IMG/VR virus record: IMGVR_UViG_3300030012_004221
Span: 64,001 to 128,000 of that record
Source of the DNA: a virus
DNA length: 64,000 bases
Strand: one strand, 5' to 3'
The stretch's first letter is position 1. The number at the start of each line of letters is the position of its first letter. This document shows positions 19,116 through 28,561 of the stretch, one piece after another. The translations under genes and the position numbers were made by a program. The notes under the pieces were generated by a model. It made no database searches and was not told where the DNA came from. It saw only the letters and a list, made by a program, of their open reading frames with translations.

Positions 19116-20785
19116 TTTTTAGTATACATTTTATCATTTATTACTAGTTTATCTACTATTCCGTTGTCCAAATGTACGAAAGCTTCTTTGGGACGACAAA
19201 CTATAGGTTCACCATGTACGTTAAAGCTAGTATTTAGCAAAACAGGAATATCTGTTATTTCTCTAAAACAATCTAACAAATTATAAAATTTAATATTTGA
19301 GTCTTTAGTTACTATTTGTATTCTTGCTGTTTTATCTACAGGATGAACTACAGCTGGGATTTTATCATACCACTCTTTTCTTGTATCATATAACATAGTC
19401 ATGAATTCAGCTGTGTATCTAGATTTATTAACATGAAATACAGTATCAGCATAATTATCTAATACTACAGGAGCAAAAGGCATATTATCATTTCTTTGTA
19501 ATCTATCGTTAACTTTTTTATATGTACCTGGAACACTTGGGTCAGCAATTATACTTCTATTACATAATGCTCTAGGACCATGTTCAGATCTTCCCTGAAA
19601 CCATCCTATTACTTTACCTTCCTTTAAGTCATAAGCTAATGAAGATTTATCATATGGTCTAATATGATATTTTTCATGATCATCTTTTACTTCCCCAAAT
19701 GCAATTGATTTTTGAGAGACTGGGGTGTTGGGGTTTATTGGGAATTTATTATCATAAGATGTTCCTAAATAAACATCTTTTAATCTAAATGGTTTAAAAT
19801 CTGAGTTGTGTTTTTTATAAACAGCTAAAGCTGATCCCAAAGGTAAACCTTCATCTCCCATAGGTGGAGCAACAAATACCTCATTTACCCACTTTAATTC
19901 GTTAATTTTTTTATTTAGTTTTACATTAGCAAAAACACCTCCTGCTAAAGCAATATTTTTAGCTTTAGGGTATTTATTATGGTAATAATCTATTAATTGT
20001 AGTACTTTTTTTTCAAAAACTAATTGGCCATTATAAGCTAAATCTTCTGGTTTGAATGAATGAGGACCATCACATAATAATGGATTATTATTAACAAATA
20101 ATTTATAAAAATCTTCATATATTTTTCGTGTATTTCCTACATCCCCCATAGGGTGGTCTAAATCAGTTTGACCTGTTTTAGATATAGTAACACACTCGTT
20201 AAAAGATTCATATATCCAATCAACATATTCTCCATGAGATGATAATCCTACAATTTTACCTTCATCTTTTAACCTTTTAAACCCTAAAAGTTCAGTAAGC
20301 ATACAATAATAATGACCTAAAGATTTAGTATTTAAAGAATGTTGTTGAATAAGTTCTAAATTACCTTTTTTTCCTACATAACACCTCGCCCAATCATACT
20401 CTCCAGCTCCATCAATAGAAATTACAAGTGTATCTTTTTTAAACCCACTACAATAATAAGCTAAATTACAGTGAGCTTCATGATGGTTAATATGAATCCA
20501 TTTTTCTTTGGGAAAAGGACCTAAACCAATTCCTTCCCATATATTTTTACTTATTTTTAAAGGAAAATTAGTTGTTAAGTAATCTATTTTATTCCAATCA
20601 AAATTTTTATTATACCAAACATTTTGTCCTGATTGGTAAGGATATCTAAATATGTTATTAAAATAATCTTTATAAGTTCTAATCCTATTAAACCTTTCTT
20701 CTTCAAAAGCAAAAATAGGTTTACCATCTTCTAAATATGCTATACCGCAACTATGTTCTCCCCCACTTAAAGCTAATATTCTCAT
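19112..20785 (-). CDS. Carbamoyltransferase (NodU/CmcH family)
   Basis: EEERFNR, HHEAH, EGKIVGL, AGGVFANV, GDEG, GPRAL, PFAP and LLNTSFNVHGEP. Confidence 0.93.
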   Translation of the reverse strand: MRILALSGGEHSCGIAYLEDGKPIFAFEEERFNRIRTYKDYFNNIFRYPYQSGQNVWYNKNFDWNKIDYLTTNFPLKISKNIWEGIGLGPFPKEKWIHINHHEAHCNLAYYCSGFKKDTLVISIDGAGEYDWARCYVGKKGNLELIQQHSLNTKSLGHYYCMLTELLGFKRLKDEGKIVGLSSHGEYVDWIYESFNECVTISKTGQTDLDHPMGDVGNTRKIYEDFYKLFVNNNPLLCDGPHSFKPEDLAYNGQLVFEKKVLQLIDYYHNKYPKAKNIALAGGVFANVKLNKKINELKWVNEVFVAPPMGDEGLPLGSALAVYKKHNSDFKPFRLKDVYLGTSYDNKFPINPNTPVSQKSIAFGEVKDDHEKYHIRPYDKSSLAYDLKEGKVIGWFQGRSEHGPRALCNRSIIADPSVPGTYKKVNDRLQRNDNMPFAPVVLDNYADTVFHVNKSRYTAEFMTMLYDTRKEWYDKIPAVVHPVDKTARIQIVTKDSNIKFYNLLDCFREITDIPVLLNTSFNVHGEPIVCRPKEAFVHLDNGIVDKLVINDKMYTKK

Positions 20786-20787
20786 AT

Positions 20788-21168
20788 TTAATTTATTTTA
20801 TTCCATTTATCATCAGAGCCCATTTCAAAAGATCCTATAAAAATCATATTCCATTCATCTGGACCTATTAATGATAAAAATAATGTTTCGTCTTCTCTTT
20901 GATATAAATGGTAAGTATGACCTTTTATAGGTTCAAATCTAAAATCACTACTATAAACTAAATCATTCCACTTAAACTCTTCTAATAATTTTTTATATTC
21001 ATCTTTTATTTCATTAAAGCGAGCTTCAAAGTAATGATTAGTTTTTAAAATTTTTTCTTGTTTATAAGCTTCAATATTAGTAGGTCTGATAGCAGGTGCC
21101 CCTACATTATCACCATAAGGCATAATTGCCTTATTCTCTGCAAACATATCTGGTTTATCTTTAGCCAT
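20788..21168 (-). CDS. DUF2452-like protein
   Basis: PYGDNVGAPAI, FEPIKGHTYHLY and FLSLIGPDEW. Confidence 0.7.
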   Translation of the reverse strand: MAKDKPDMFAENKAIMPYGDNVGAPAIRPTNIEAYKQEKILKTNHYFEARFNEIKDEYKKLLEEFKWNDLVYSSDFRFEPIKGHTYHLYQREDETLFLSLIGPDEWNMIFIGSFEMGSDDKWNKIN

Positions 21169-21169
21169 A

Positions 21170-22102
21170 TTAAAATTTAAAAAACATTTCTTTATATGGA
21201 TTTAAATTTAATGTCCAACCTAAATCATTATAAAATCCTTCTAATTTATTTAACAAAATACTTTCAAATATTTTTTTCCTATCAGCATTTTGTTCTATAA
21301 ATGTACGTATTTTTTCAGGTAAATCCCAATCTAAAAATGCTATTGCATCAATTTGATATGGGTTAGGTTTTAAATAAATCCATTTAACTTTATCACCCTG
21401 TGTAATTTGACTATGTTTACTACTTAACCCCCAGAATCTAAGTAAATCATTATATCTAATAACAGCTCTTACAGCTGCTGGGGCTCCTTTAGCTACAACA
21501 GTAAACATTTCACCTGCTCTAGCTTTACGTTCAGTATACTTATTTAATGTTTTTACAGATGTTGGGTTACCTAACTCCGTTAATTGAATAGAGCCATCAA
21601 GAATTTGTTTTTTAAAATCTTTTACTCTATTATCTATTTCATTTTGTGCGGCCCCCTTTAAAACATCTACTAATGTTTTATGAAAAAATTTACCTAATAC
21701 AGGTGGGAAATTAGCTTTTTTAAATTCTAATCCTTTAACATCTAATGATTCTTTTACTATACCTTCTTGTTTAGTAATCCATTGTGCATAACGTCTTGTT
21801 GCTCTAAAATAAGCTGAACGTATAACACATTCAGTTTTCATTTCTAGTCTATGTTTACCTTTAGCATTAAAACAATCTTTAGCTAATTTATCATATGATT
21901 TAGTAACAATTCCTTCATAATCCATTGCTATACCTTCTAAAGCATCATCTTTTTCTTCAGCATTCATTTCATCAAAATCATCATGTCTAAATCTTAATAA
22001 AGGTTCAGCATGCATATAAATTGAATCTGTATCACTATAAGTACAGTAATTAGTATCTTCAGGATCACAAATCCACCAAGGAGTATCTTCTAAATGTTTC
22101 AT
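21170..22102 (-). CDS. Family B DNA polymerase, C-terminal subunit (motif C and thumb)
   Basis: YSDTDS motif C, RRYA, KGLE and GDKVKWIYLK. Confidence 0.9.
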   Translation of the reverse strand: MKHLEDTPWWICDPEDTNYCTYSDTDSIYMHAEPLLRFRHDDFDEMNAEEKDDALEGIAMDYEGIVTKSYDKLAKDCFNAKGKHRLEMKTECVIRSAYFRATRRYAQWITKQEGIVKESLDVKGLEFKKANFPPVLGKFFHKTLVDVLKGAAQNEIDNRVKDFKKQILDGSIQLTELGNPTSVKTLNKYTERKARAGEMFTVVAKGAPAAVRAVIRYNDLLRFWGLSSKHSQITQGDKVKWIYLKPNPYQIDAIAFLDWDLPEKIRTFIEQNADRKKIFESILLNKLEGFYNDLGWTLNLNPYKEMFFKF

Positions 22103-23769
22103 GCTTTTATTTCTTTATTCATTGCTCTATTAGCTTCTAATGCAGATTCTTGTATAATACGCTGTCCACTAAGTGTTATAGCTTCAGATAAAATTACATT
22201 ACCATAACGGAATGAACCAAGAGCAGTCGCACCATATAACGAATTAAGCAAAATTTTCATTGTATATTGTTTCATATGATAAGCAGCACCTAATTCTTTA
22301 TCTCCAGATTTATATGCTTTTTTCATTGCATTTTTATACTTAACTCTTTCATCAAACCATTTTTTTAATATAGTTGATAATACTGATTCCCGATTAGTAG
22401 CAAACATTACTCCATTTGCTGAGATAGATAATTCATTTTCTTCAATCATCTTAACTAACCTACCTACATTAACTTTAGTTTGTTTTCTTTTATTATTTTC
22501 AACAATTAATTCTTCAGCATAATCTCTAGTTTTTAAATCATTTAACCCTAAACGATTGTTTCTATCATCAGCATCCATAATTCTACCAACCATAGTTTCT
22601 TTACCAATATTAACAGTCATTATAATTGAAGGATATAGTGATGTTAAATCTAAGTCAAAAACATAGTTATAAATTCCTGCTTTAGGGCAAAATAAATAAC
22701 CACCAGCATAGTTCTTTTTAGATAATGGATTACGATCTTTAGCAGGTGGTATTATATTTTTACTTAATAAATAAGCTGATATAGCTCCATCTTGTGTTTT
22801 AGTATTAGCATAAACTTCACTATAATTATGTTTACCTTTATGAGCCAGATTTTTTACTAATGACAAATACTCTAATTTTTCATCTAGTACTTTTAAAATT
22901 TCAACATCTCGAAAGTTATATTGAATAAATTTAAGGGGATCCTCTTCAAATAATTTATCTAAATTACCATCATATTCTATTTTCTTTATATTAGCATATT
23001 TTTCTCCAATAGCATCTAATTTAAATGATGGTTCATCTGCCCAACTAAATTTCTTATGTAGTCTCATATAATCTAAAGACTCAACACCTGCTATTTGAAT
23101 ATATTGATCTTTAAACCAAGGTGTTTCTCTTACATAACCAATTGGGGATAAATGTCTAGCCCAATCTTCACCTAATACATTACACATTCTATAGTATAAA
23201 TAAGGTATATCAAAATAATCACTATTCCATCCTACTAAAATATCAGGATCAATTTCTCTAAACTTTTCTAAAAATTTTGCTAATAATTCTTCTTCTGTTT
23301 TACAAGGTATAATTTCTTTAGTTTTAGCTTTTGTTCTATCCATTTTAGATTTTGGATCTAAAATTAAAATAGCCCATTGATCTACTTGTTTATCATACCA
23401 TGCTATTGAAGTTACTTTTTTAGGTGCTGATTTAATATAATCTTCAGTAAGTGCATCACCCATTTCTGTTTCAATATCAAAAAATAATTCTTTTTGTGTA
23501 GTTGAGGGTTCATCATTTGTGCCATACTTTTCAACTAGAAATTTTTGATATGGAGTCATATCATGAAAGTGGAGTTTTATATTATCTGATTTCCAATTAG
23601 AAATCTTTTTTAATGACTCTCCATTTAGACCTGTATGTGTAGATTGAGAATCATCACATTCTATGTAAGCTTGATTAGTCCACTCAATTTTACTATAACC
23701 TTTATCTTCCCAAAGATGAACTAAAAATTCATTACCTTTTATTCTTTGAGCAAAACACTTTTTATACAT
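22099..23769 (-). CDS. Family B DNA polymerase, N-terminal subunit (3'-5' exonuclease, motifs A and B)
   Basis: FDIET, GWNSDYFDIPY, YNFRDV, DLTSLYPSI and KILLNSLYG. Confidence 0.93.
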   Translation of the reverse strand: MYKKCFAQRIKGNEFLVHLWEDKGYSKIEWTNQAYIECDDSQSTHTGLNGESLKKISNWKSDNIKLHFHDMTPYQKFLVEKYGTNDEPSTTQKELFFDIETEMGDALTEDYIKSAPKKVTSIAWYDKQVDQWAILILDPKSKMDRTKAKTKEIIPCKTEEELLAKFLEKFREIDPDILVGWNSDYFDIPYLYYRMCNVLGEDWARHLSPIGYVRETPWFKDQYIQIAGVESLDYMRLHKKFSWADEPSFKLDAIGEKYANIKKIEYDGNLDKLFEEDPLKFIQYNFRDVEILKVLDEKLEYLSLVKNLAHKGKHNYSEVYANTKTQDGAISAYLLSKNIIPPAKDRNPLSKKNYAGGYLFCPKAGIYNYVFDLDLTSLYPSIIMTVNIGKETMVGRIMDADDRNNRLGLNDLKTRDYAEELIVENNKRKQTKVNVGRLVKMIEENELSISANGVMFATNRESVLSTILKKWFDERVKYKNAMKKAYKSGDKELGAAYHMKQYTMKILLNSLYGATALGSFRYGNVILSEAITLSGQRIIQESALEANRAMNKEIKA

Positions 23770-24319
23770 CTACGTTTTCTAACTCTTCTTTTTTAAAAAA
23801 TTGTTGTAAATCTGGTCTATAATAATTGACATTTTTCATGACTTTTCTATCACGTGTTCTATAGACAATATAATATTTTCCAACCTTCTCATAGTGACAT
23901 GGTTCATTTTGCTCTTTGGAACGGAGTTCCACTGTAGCTTGTGCTTCCTCTTCGCTTGAGCAAGCTTTAGACATATTCGACCCTTGTACTTCAAGATACG
24001 CTGGCCATATTTTATCTTTAAGACCATGTAGCATAGTTCCGTTACCCAATGAAACGTAGGCAATGTCACATAAAGCATCAAGAACCTCAACAACATTACC
24101 TGTTTCGCATGCAACCTTGTATTCTTCAAGTTCTTCAAGAATAAAGTCATAAACAAACTGCCATTCTTTTTTTTCAGGAATTGTTGGTTCATAATTATTT
24201 GGTTTACCCATTGTAGAGTTAAATTCCTCTACTTCTGATACAAAAGGTACATATGCCTCTGATGTTTGCATTTTATACTTATCAGTATCAACTTTCATTA
24301 ATTTAATTTCATCATTCAT
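23762..24319 (-). CDS. MazG-like (PRA-PH/DR2231-type) dNTP pyrophosphohydrolase
   Basis: EELEEY, EVLDALCD and EVQGSNMSK. Confidence 0.8.
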   Translation of the reverse strand: MNDEIKLMKVDTDKYKMQTSEAYVPFVSEVEEFNSTMGKPNNYEPTIPEKKEWQFVYDFILEELEEYKVACETGNVVEVLDALCDIAYVSLGNGTMLHGLKDKIWPAYLEVQGSNMSKACSSEEEAQATVELRSKEQNEPCHYEKVGKYYIVYRTRDRKVMKNVNYYRPDLQQFFKKEELENVDV

Positions 24320-24324
24320 AACTT

Positions 24325-25023
24325 TTAAATTTGATGTCCACCATTATTTATTTTAATTGAGTCAAAAAACTCTTTTCTTGCTAAGTTAGTATTTTGTCTA
24401 AATACACCTGATGCTTTAGTTGTTACCATTGAAGCACCATCATGCTTAACTCCTCTACAACTTACACAATTATGGGTTGCCACAACTGTTACAATTACTC
24501 CTCTATTACCCTCAGTAACTTTATCTACAGCATTATGAATTGCTGATGTTAATTGTTCTTGTATAGCACCTCTTCTACCAAATAATTCAACTATTCTATT
24601 TAATTTAGATAATCCAATTACTTGACCACCTTCTCCAGCTATGTAACCAATATGAACAACACCTTTAATAGTTTGATGATGGTGTGAACACATTGATGTT
24701 AATGGAATGTTTCTTTCAATTACAATACCATCATAACCATCTGATGGAAAAGAAGTAATTGGAGACATTGGGCTATATCTACCTGCCCATAAATCATTCA
24801 CATATGCTTTAGCTACCCTTCTAGGTGTGTCAGCTGAGTTTGGGTCATTTTGCCAGTCACAATCTAATGCTTCTAAAAATCGAGCATAAGCAGCAGTAGC
24901 TTTCTCAATCATTTTTTCCTTTTGTTTTTCATTTAAAGGAAAATTAGTTGCAACCCCATTTGCAAAACCTTTTTGTACAACCTCTAATTTTTCATTGAGG
25001 TTTTTAATCTTTTTTTCTGCCAT
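24325..25023 (-). CDS. folE: GTP cyclohydrolase I
   Basis: TPRRVAK, SMCSHH, GLSKLNR, QEQLT and HNCVSCRGV. Confidence 0.95.
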   Translation of the reverse strand: MAEKKIKNLNEKLEVVQKGFANGVATNFPLNEKQKEKMIEKATAAYARFLEALDCDWQNDPNSADTPRRVAKAYVNDLWAGRYSPMSPITSFPSDGYDGIVIERNIPLTSMCSHHHQTIKGVVHIGYIAGEGGQVIGLSKLNRIVELFGRRGAIQEQLTSAIHNAVDKVTEGNRGVIVTVVATHNCVSCRGVKHDGASMVTTKASGVFRQNTNLARKEFFDSIKINNGGHQI

Positions 25024-25046
25024 TGTTTATAACTTTTTATTATTAT

Positions 25047-25081
25047 TAATATACAAATTAATTTGGACAATTCCAAATTAA
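25047..25081 (-). promoter_or_regulatory. Promoter TTTGG-N19-TATATTA overlapped by a 10-bp inverted repeat (25058-25081)
   Basis: Recurrent motif. ttaatttgga-caat-tccaaattaa covers the upstream element. Confidence 0.65.
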
Positions 25082-25082
25082 G

Positions 25083-26153
25083 TTAACTAAGTCCATATCT
25101 ACCTTTTAGGGCATCATACACATCACTTATTTCACTATTTGATAATGCTTTATTGTAACATAATACAGCTCCAATACCATTAGGTCCTTCTACAGCACCA
25201 GCATAACCATATCCTACTCTAACATTTAATGCTGGGTCTAAAGCTGTATTACTTCTTGAATTATAACTTGCAACCCAATTTGCTCCATTTTTAGAATAAA
25301 ATCCAGTTCTAGCAGTTGATGTTAATCCTGTGGTCATTTTTATAGCCATTATAGTCCAAGCACCCTCACCACTATTAGTATCACAAGCTGCTGTGTTTGC
25401 ATGATCATAATTAGGTGTTTTTCTTGAATAATAAGAAAATGCTTCACTCGTTTCCCATGTAACAGCTATTTCTTGTTTGTAAGATTGTGGTCCACTATCT
25501 CCTTTTTTTTCAAATATAGTATCTCTTTCTGTAATTTGAGTACACCAAACTGCCATTACGAGTGTGCAATCACCTCCCATATTAACAATAGGAGAATGAG
25601 ATAATACAGCTTCATAATATCCACTTCCATCAAACTGATAAGCACAATAACCTCCTAAAAACTCTTTACTTAAACCACCACTTTTAGGTTCAAATTCAAT
25701 TCCATTTCCACTTACATCAAACCAAGAAGTACTGTCACCAACATAAGCACTTGCACTTATTTGAGAATCTAAATACATAGATAACCCATCCATAGGTAAC
25801 TCAGGTGGGAAATTATCTATTGGTGTATTTTTATTATTATGACTAACCATTGCATCAGCATTAGTTAAATATTCTAAAGCCTCTGCTAATGTTGTAATAG
25901 ATGGTTGGTTAAAATCTTGTTGAACTAATTGAATTAATTCTGCATCACTTGTAGGAGTATAAGAAATTGGTACTATGCCTGAAGATGGTGCTTTTGTTAC
26001 TACATAACCAGTTGATACTGTTTGAGCATAATAATCTGTTTCAGCTGAAGGTCCGTAATTACCATCAACAACTGCCTTATTAATATCACTTTTTACAATT
26101 GAATTTGAATCTACTTCTTCAGAAACTTTTACAGGGGGACGATCCATTGACAT
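25083..26153 (-). CDS. LamG/concanavalin-like domain protein, probable virion component
   Basis: GLSMYLDS, WFDVSGNG, FDGSG and YNKALSNSEI. Downstream of a late-type motif. Confidence 0.7.
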   Translation of the reverse strand: MSMDRPPVKVSEEVDSNSIVKSDINKAVVDGNYGPSAETDYYAQTVSTGYVVTKAPSSGIVPISYTPTSDAELIQLVQQDFNQPSITTLAEALEYLTNADAMVSHNNKNTPIDNFPPELPMDGLSMYLDSQISASAYVGDSTSWFDVSGNGIEFEPKSGGLSKEFLGGYCAYQFDGSGYYEAVLSHSPIVNMGGDCTLVMAVWCTQITERDTIFEKKGDSGPQSYKQEIAVTWETSEAFSYYSRKTPNYDHANTAACDTNSGEGAWTIMAIKMTTGLTSTARTGFYSKNGANWVASYNSRSNTALDPALNVRVGYGYAGAVEGPNGIGAVLCYNKALSNSEISDVYDALKGRYGLS

Positions 26154-26154
26154 A

Positions 26155-26313
26155 TTACGGAGTATTATTTATTATAGAATTATAAAAAACATATGCATCT
26201 TCTTTTGTATCATAAAATGTTCTAGTAGTTTCATAAGAAGGCCAATTGTAAAAAGCATCAATCCACCATTTACCAGAATCAGAGTCATAATCCATATTGC
26301 AAAAATATACCAT
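26155..26313 (-). CDS. Small hypothetical protein (52 aa, MVYFCNMDYDS...)
   Basis: Manual translation. Sits between a late-type motif and the LamG gene. Confidence 0.55.
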   Translation of the reverse strand: MVYFCNMDYDSDSGKWWIDAFYNWPSYETTRTFYDTKEDAYVFYNSIINNTP

Positions 26314-26324
26314 AATGTTTTAAT

Positions 26325-26333
26325 TATAAATAT
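26325..26333 (-). promoter_or_regulatory. Late-type promoter motif ATATTTATA
   Basis: Same motif precedes the structural and lysis genes elsewhere in the window. Confidence 0.6.
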
Positions 26334-26752
26334 TATGGTAATTTATAATCTTGAATCGCTTTAGAATCTTTTCTCTCCCAGGGATATATAATCCATTCAT
26401 TACCTTCAAATCTTTGGGCATAAGCTGTAGGTGTAAATTTTGAAGTGTGTGGTTTGTGATGTAAAACAGCTGTTATAGCTGCTTCACTATTATATAATGT
26501 TTCTCCACTATCACAAATATCATCAATAAGTAAAGTATTTCTTATTGTTTTATCATCTGACCATAATATTTTATCAGTATATGGAAGGTTTAACTTATGT
26601 GAAACTAATACTGCTGGTATTAATCCACCTCTAGCTAAACCTGATATATGAGTTACATTTGGTATTTTTGTTGCTATTTTTTCACATAAAACTTCTACTA
26701 AATCTTCAACATCGCTCCAATTTAAATATATTTTATTATCTATTTTTATCAT
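26333..26752 (-). CDS. Type I purine phosphoribosyltransferase (Gpt/Hpt-like)
   Basis: GLARGGLIPA, LLIDDICDSGET (PRPP loop) and WIIYPWE. Confidence 0.88.
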   Translation of the reverse strand: MIKIDNKIYLNWSDVEDLVEVLCEKIATKIPNVTHISGLARGGLIPAVLVSHKLNLPYTDKILWSDDKTIRNTLLIDDICDSGETLYNSEAAITAVLHHKPHTSKFTPTAYAQRFEGNEWIIYPWERKDSKAIQDYKLP

Positions 26753-26758
26753 TAATTT

Positions 26759-27097
26759 TTATCTTTTACCCCCATGATATTCAACTGCATGGCCTTCAGT
26801 TATTAAAGTTTGATTAACATTTCTTCCATCAACATATATGATACCTAAACATCTTCCAAATTTACCTACTCCCATTGATTGTAAAGTAAATCTACCACTT
26901 TCTAAAAGTTCTTCTAATCTAATTTTTGAAGCTATACCTTTAGCTTTTTCATCTAAATCTCTAGTTCTTGATTCAGGGGCATTCATACCATGCATCCTAA
27001 TTCTTACTCTTTTCCAAGTATCAAATCCTAAATCTACAAGAGCATCAACAGTATCTCCATCAACAACTCTATCTAATTTTGCGTTATATTCATACAT
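26759..27097 (-). CDS. Thermonuclease (SNase-like) family nuclease
   Basis: RVVDGDT, RMHGMNAPE and GKFGRCLG. Confidence 0.85.
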   Translation of the reverse strand: MYEYNAKLDRVVDGDTVDALVDLGFDTWKRVRIRMHGMNAPESRTRDLDEKAKGIASKIRLEELLESGRFTLQSMGVGKFGRCLGIIYVDGRNVNQTLITEGHAVEYHGGKR

Positions 27098-27608
27098 TTA
27101 TTTCTGTTTTTAATTGTTTATACCAATTTTCTAATCTTTCTACAGTTAATTCATCTTGATTATCTTCATCTAAACATAACCCCCAAAATGTATTTTCATC
27201 TTTAAGAGCTTTAGAAGATTCAAACTCAAATGAATCGTCTTTTTTAGTGAGGCCTATTACTTTACCTCCATTTTCCTCAACTACTTTAGCTAATATTCCT
27301 ACACCATCACAAAACCACTCGTCATACCCAATTTGGTCACCTAAACCAAATATAGCTACTGTTTTACCTGTAAAATCTATAGTTTTAAATTCTTCAAAAT
27401 AATCTTCCCAATCACTTTGTAATTCACCATCATACCAAGTTGGTATACTTAAAATATAAAAATCATGTGATTTCCAATCTTCAGGTCTAACAGCATGTAC
27501 ACCTATAGTTTCAATATCAAAATAAGGTTCAAAAATACCTAATAGATTATTATCTATAACATTTTCAGTATTACCTGTATCTGAACCATAAATTAATTTA
27601 ATTTTCAT
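27090..27608 (-). CDS. fldA: Long-chain flavodoxin
   Basis: YGSDTGNT, PTWYDGELQ, FGLGDQ and GLCLDEDNQ. Confidence 0.92.
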   Translation of the reverse strand: MKIKLIYGSDTGNTENVIDNNLLGIFEPYFDIETIGVHAVRPEDWKSHDFYILSIPTWYDGELQSDWEDYFEEFKTIDFTGKTVAIFGLGDQIGYDEWFCDGVGILAKVVEENGGKVIGLTKKDDSFEFESSKALKDENTFWGLCLDEDNQDELTVERLENWYKQLKTEINV

Positions 27609-27753
27609 AACTATTTTTTATATCAACTAATAATTCCATAATTTCCTCTACCTTAAACTTGCATTCCTGTCCTTCACATAAATCTTGACAGCAACGATCA
27701 GTATTAAGATAAATAAATTCTAATTTTTCATCTATTTCATCCCACTTAGACAC
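27598..27753 (-). CDS. Small Cys-rich protein (51 aa, CC-x3-C-x4-C)
   Basis: Manual translation from a GTG at 27753. Overlaps the queE stop and the flavodoxin start. Confidence 0.5.
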   Translation of the reverse strand: MSKWDEIDEKLEFIYLNTDRCCQDLCEGQECKFKVEEIMELLVDIKNSYEN

Positions 27754-28519
27754 AACGTTCAGTATTAAAAGCCATAATATGAGATCTACCTGTAAATCTC
27801 CATCCTCTATCTCTTACAAAATTCATTACTTCAGGATATGACTCCATTAAAGATTCTCTATCATCCCCAGCAGGCATAGCCCAAACTTTATGGTCTGGAA
27901 TATTACATTCTTTAAGCATTTCTTCAACTTCTCCAACCATAGATAAATTTTTATCTAATACAGGTTTAATATGATAATCTGAATGGTAAGCTATTGATTT
28001 TTTAATTGCATCAATATTCATTCTTTTTGAATTATGCTTTTTAATCATCCTTTCATCTGTCACAGTACCCTGAGGTGTTTTAACACCAAGTACGGGGATG
28101 CTATTACTAAACTTGGGACTAATAGAAAGCAAGTTAATAGGGTAATCAGTAGGAAGAAAATGGCTACCTTCAGTTTCAATAGTAATAAAAATATCTCTTT
28201 CATGAGCAAAGTGGGTTAATTCATTTACTAATTTAGGATGCATCGTAGGAGATCCTCCTGTTAACATCATTTCCTTGATATGAGGATGCTGATCATATGC
28301 ATCTATAATATCTTGAAAACAATACATTCCTTTTTCAGGATGAATACTTGTATACCAAGAATCACACCATCCTCCTTCTCCAAAATAACATCTATGAGTA
28401 CACCCAGTAGTTCTAATTACTATGGTAGGGTAACCTTGACGACTACCCTCACTTTGTACTGCCGTGTATACTTCTACTACAGGCAGATTTTTACTATAAT
28501 CTTCGATTCTTTTTAACAT
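27746..28519 (-). CDS. queE: 7-carboxy-7-deazaguanine synthase (radical SAM)
   Basis: QSEG, RTTGCTHRC...WCDS, LTGG.P, TIETEG and SISPK. ATG start at 28519. Confidence 0.9.
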   Translation of the reverse strand: MLKRIEDYSKNLPVVEVYTAVQSEGSRQGYPTIVIRTTGCTHRCYFGEGGWCDSWYTSIHPEKGMYCFQDIIDAYDQHPHIKEMMLTGGSPTMHPKLVNELTHFAHERDIFITIETEGSHFLPTDYPINLLSISPKFSNSIPVLGVKTPQGTVTDERMIKKHNSKRMNIDAIKKSIAYHSDYHIKPVLDKNLSMVGEVEEMLKECNIPDHKVWAMPAGDDRESLMESYPEVMNFVRDRGWRFTGRSHIMAFNTERCV

Positions 28520-28520
28520 A

Positions 28521-28552
28521 TGCAAATTTTTTAAAGTGGTTTTACAGTCACT
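28521..28552 (-). promoter_or_regulatory. Candidate H-type pseudoknot leader before queE (preQ1-I-like architecture)
   Basis: P1 is AGUG/CACU with loop ACUGUAAAAC, followed by an A-rich linker. UUUGCA can pair with loop UGUAAA and ends 1 nt before the AUG. Confidence 0.35.
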
Positions 28553-28561
28553 ATATACAAC

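Noticed and set aside
22020-22200. Split intein or intron at the PolB break
   Set aside because: No IntN domain follows the N-terminal half, there is no His-Asn/Cys junction in the C-terminal half, and the ATGA overlap leaves no intervening sequence.
23836-24192. Alternative-frame minus-strand ORF inside the MazG-like gene (likewise 48063-48257 and 48261-48449 inside the PolA-like gene)
   Set aside because: Fully nested in genes with clear motifs, with no independent evidence of coding.
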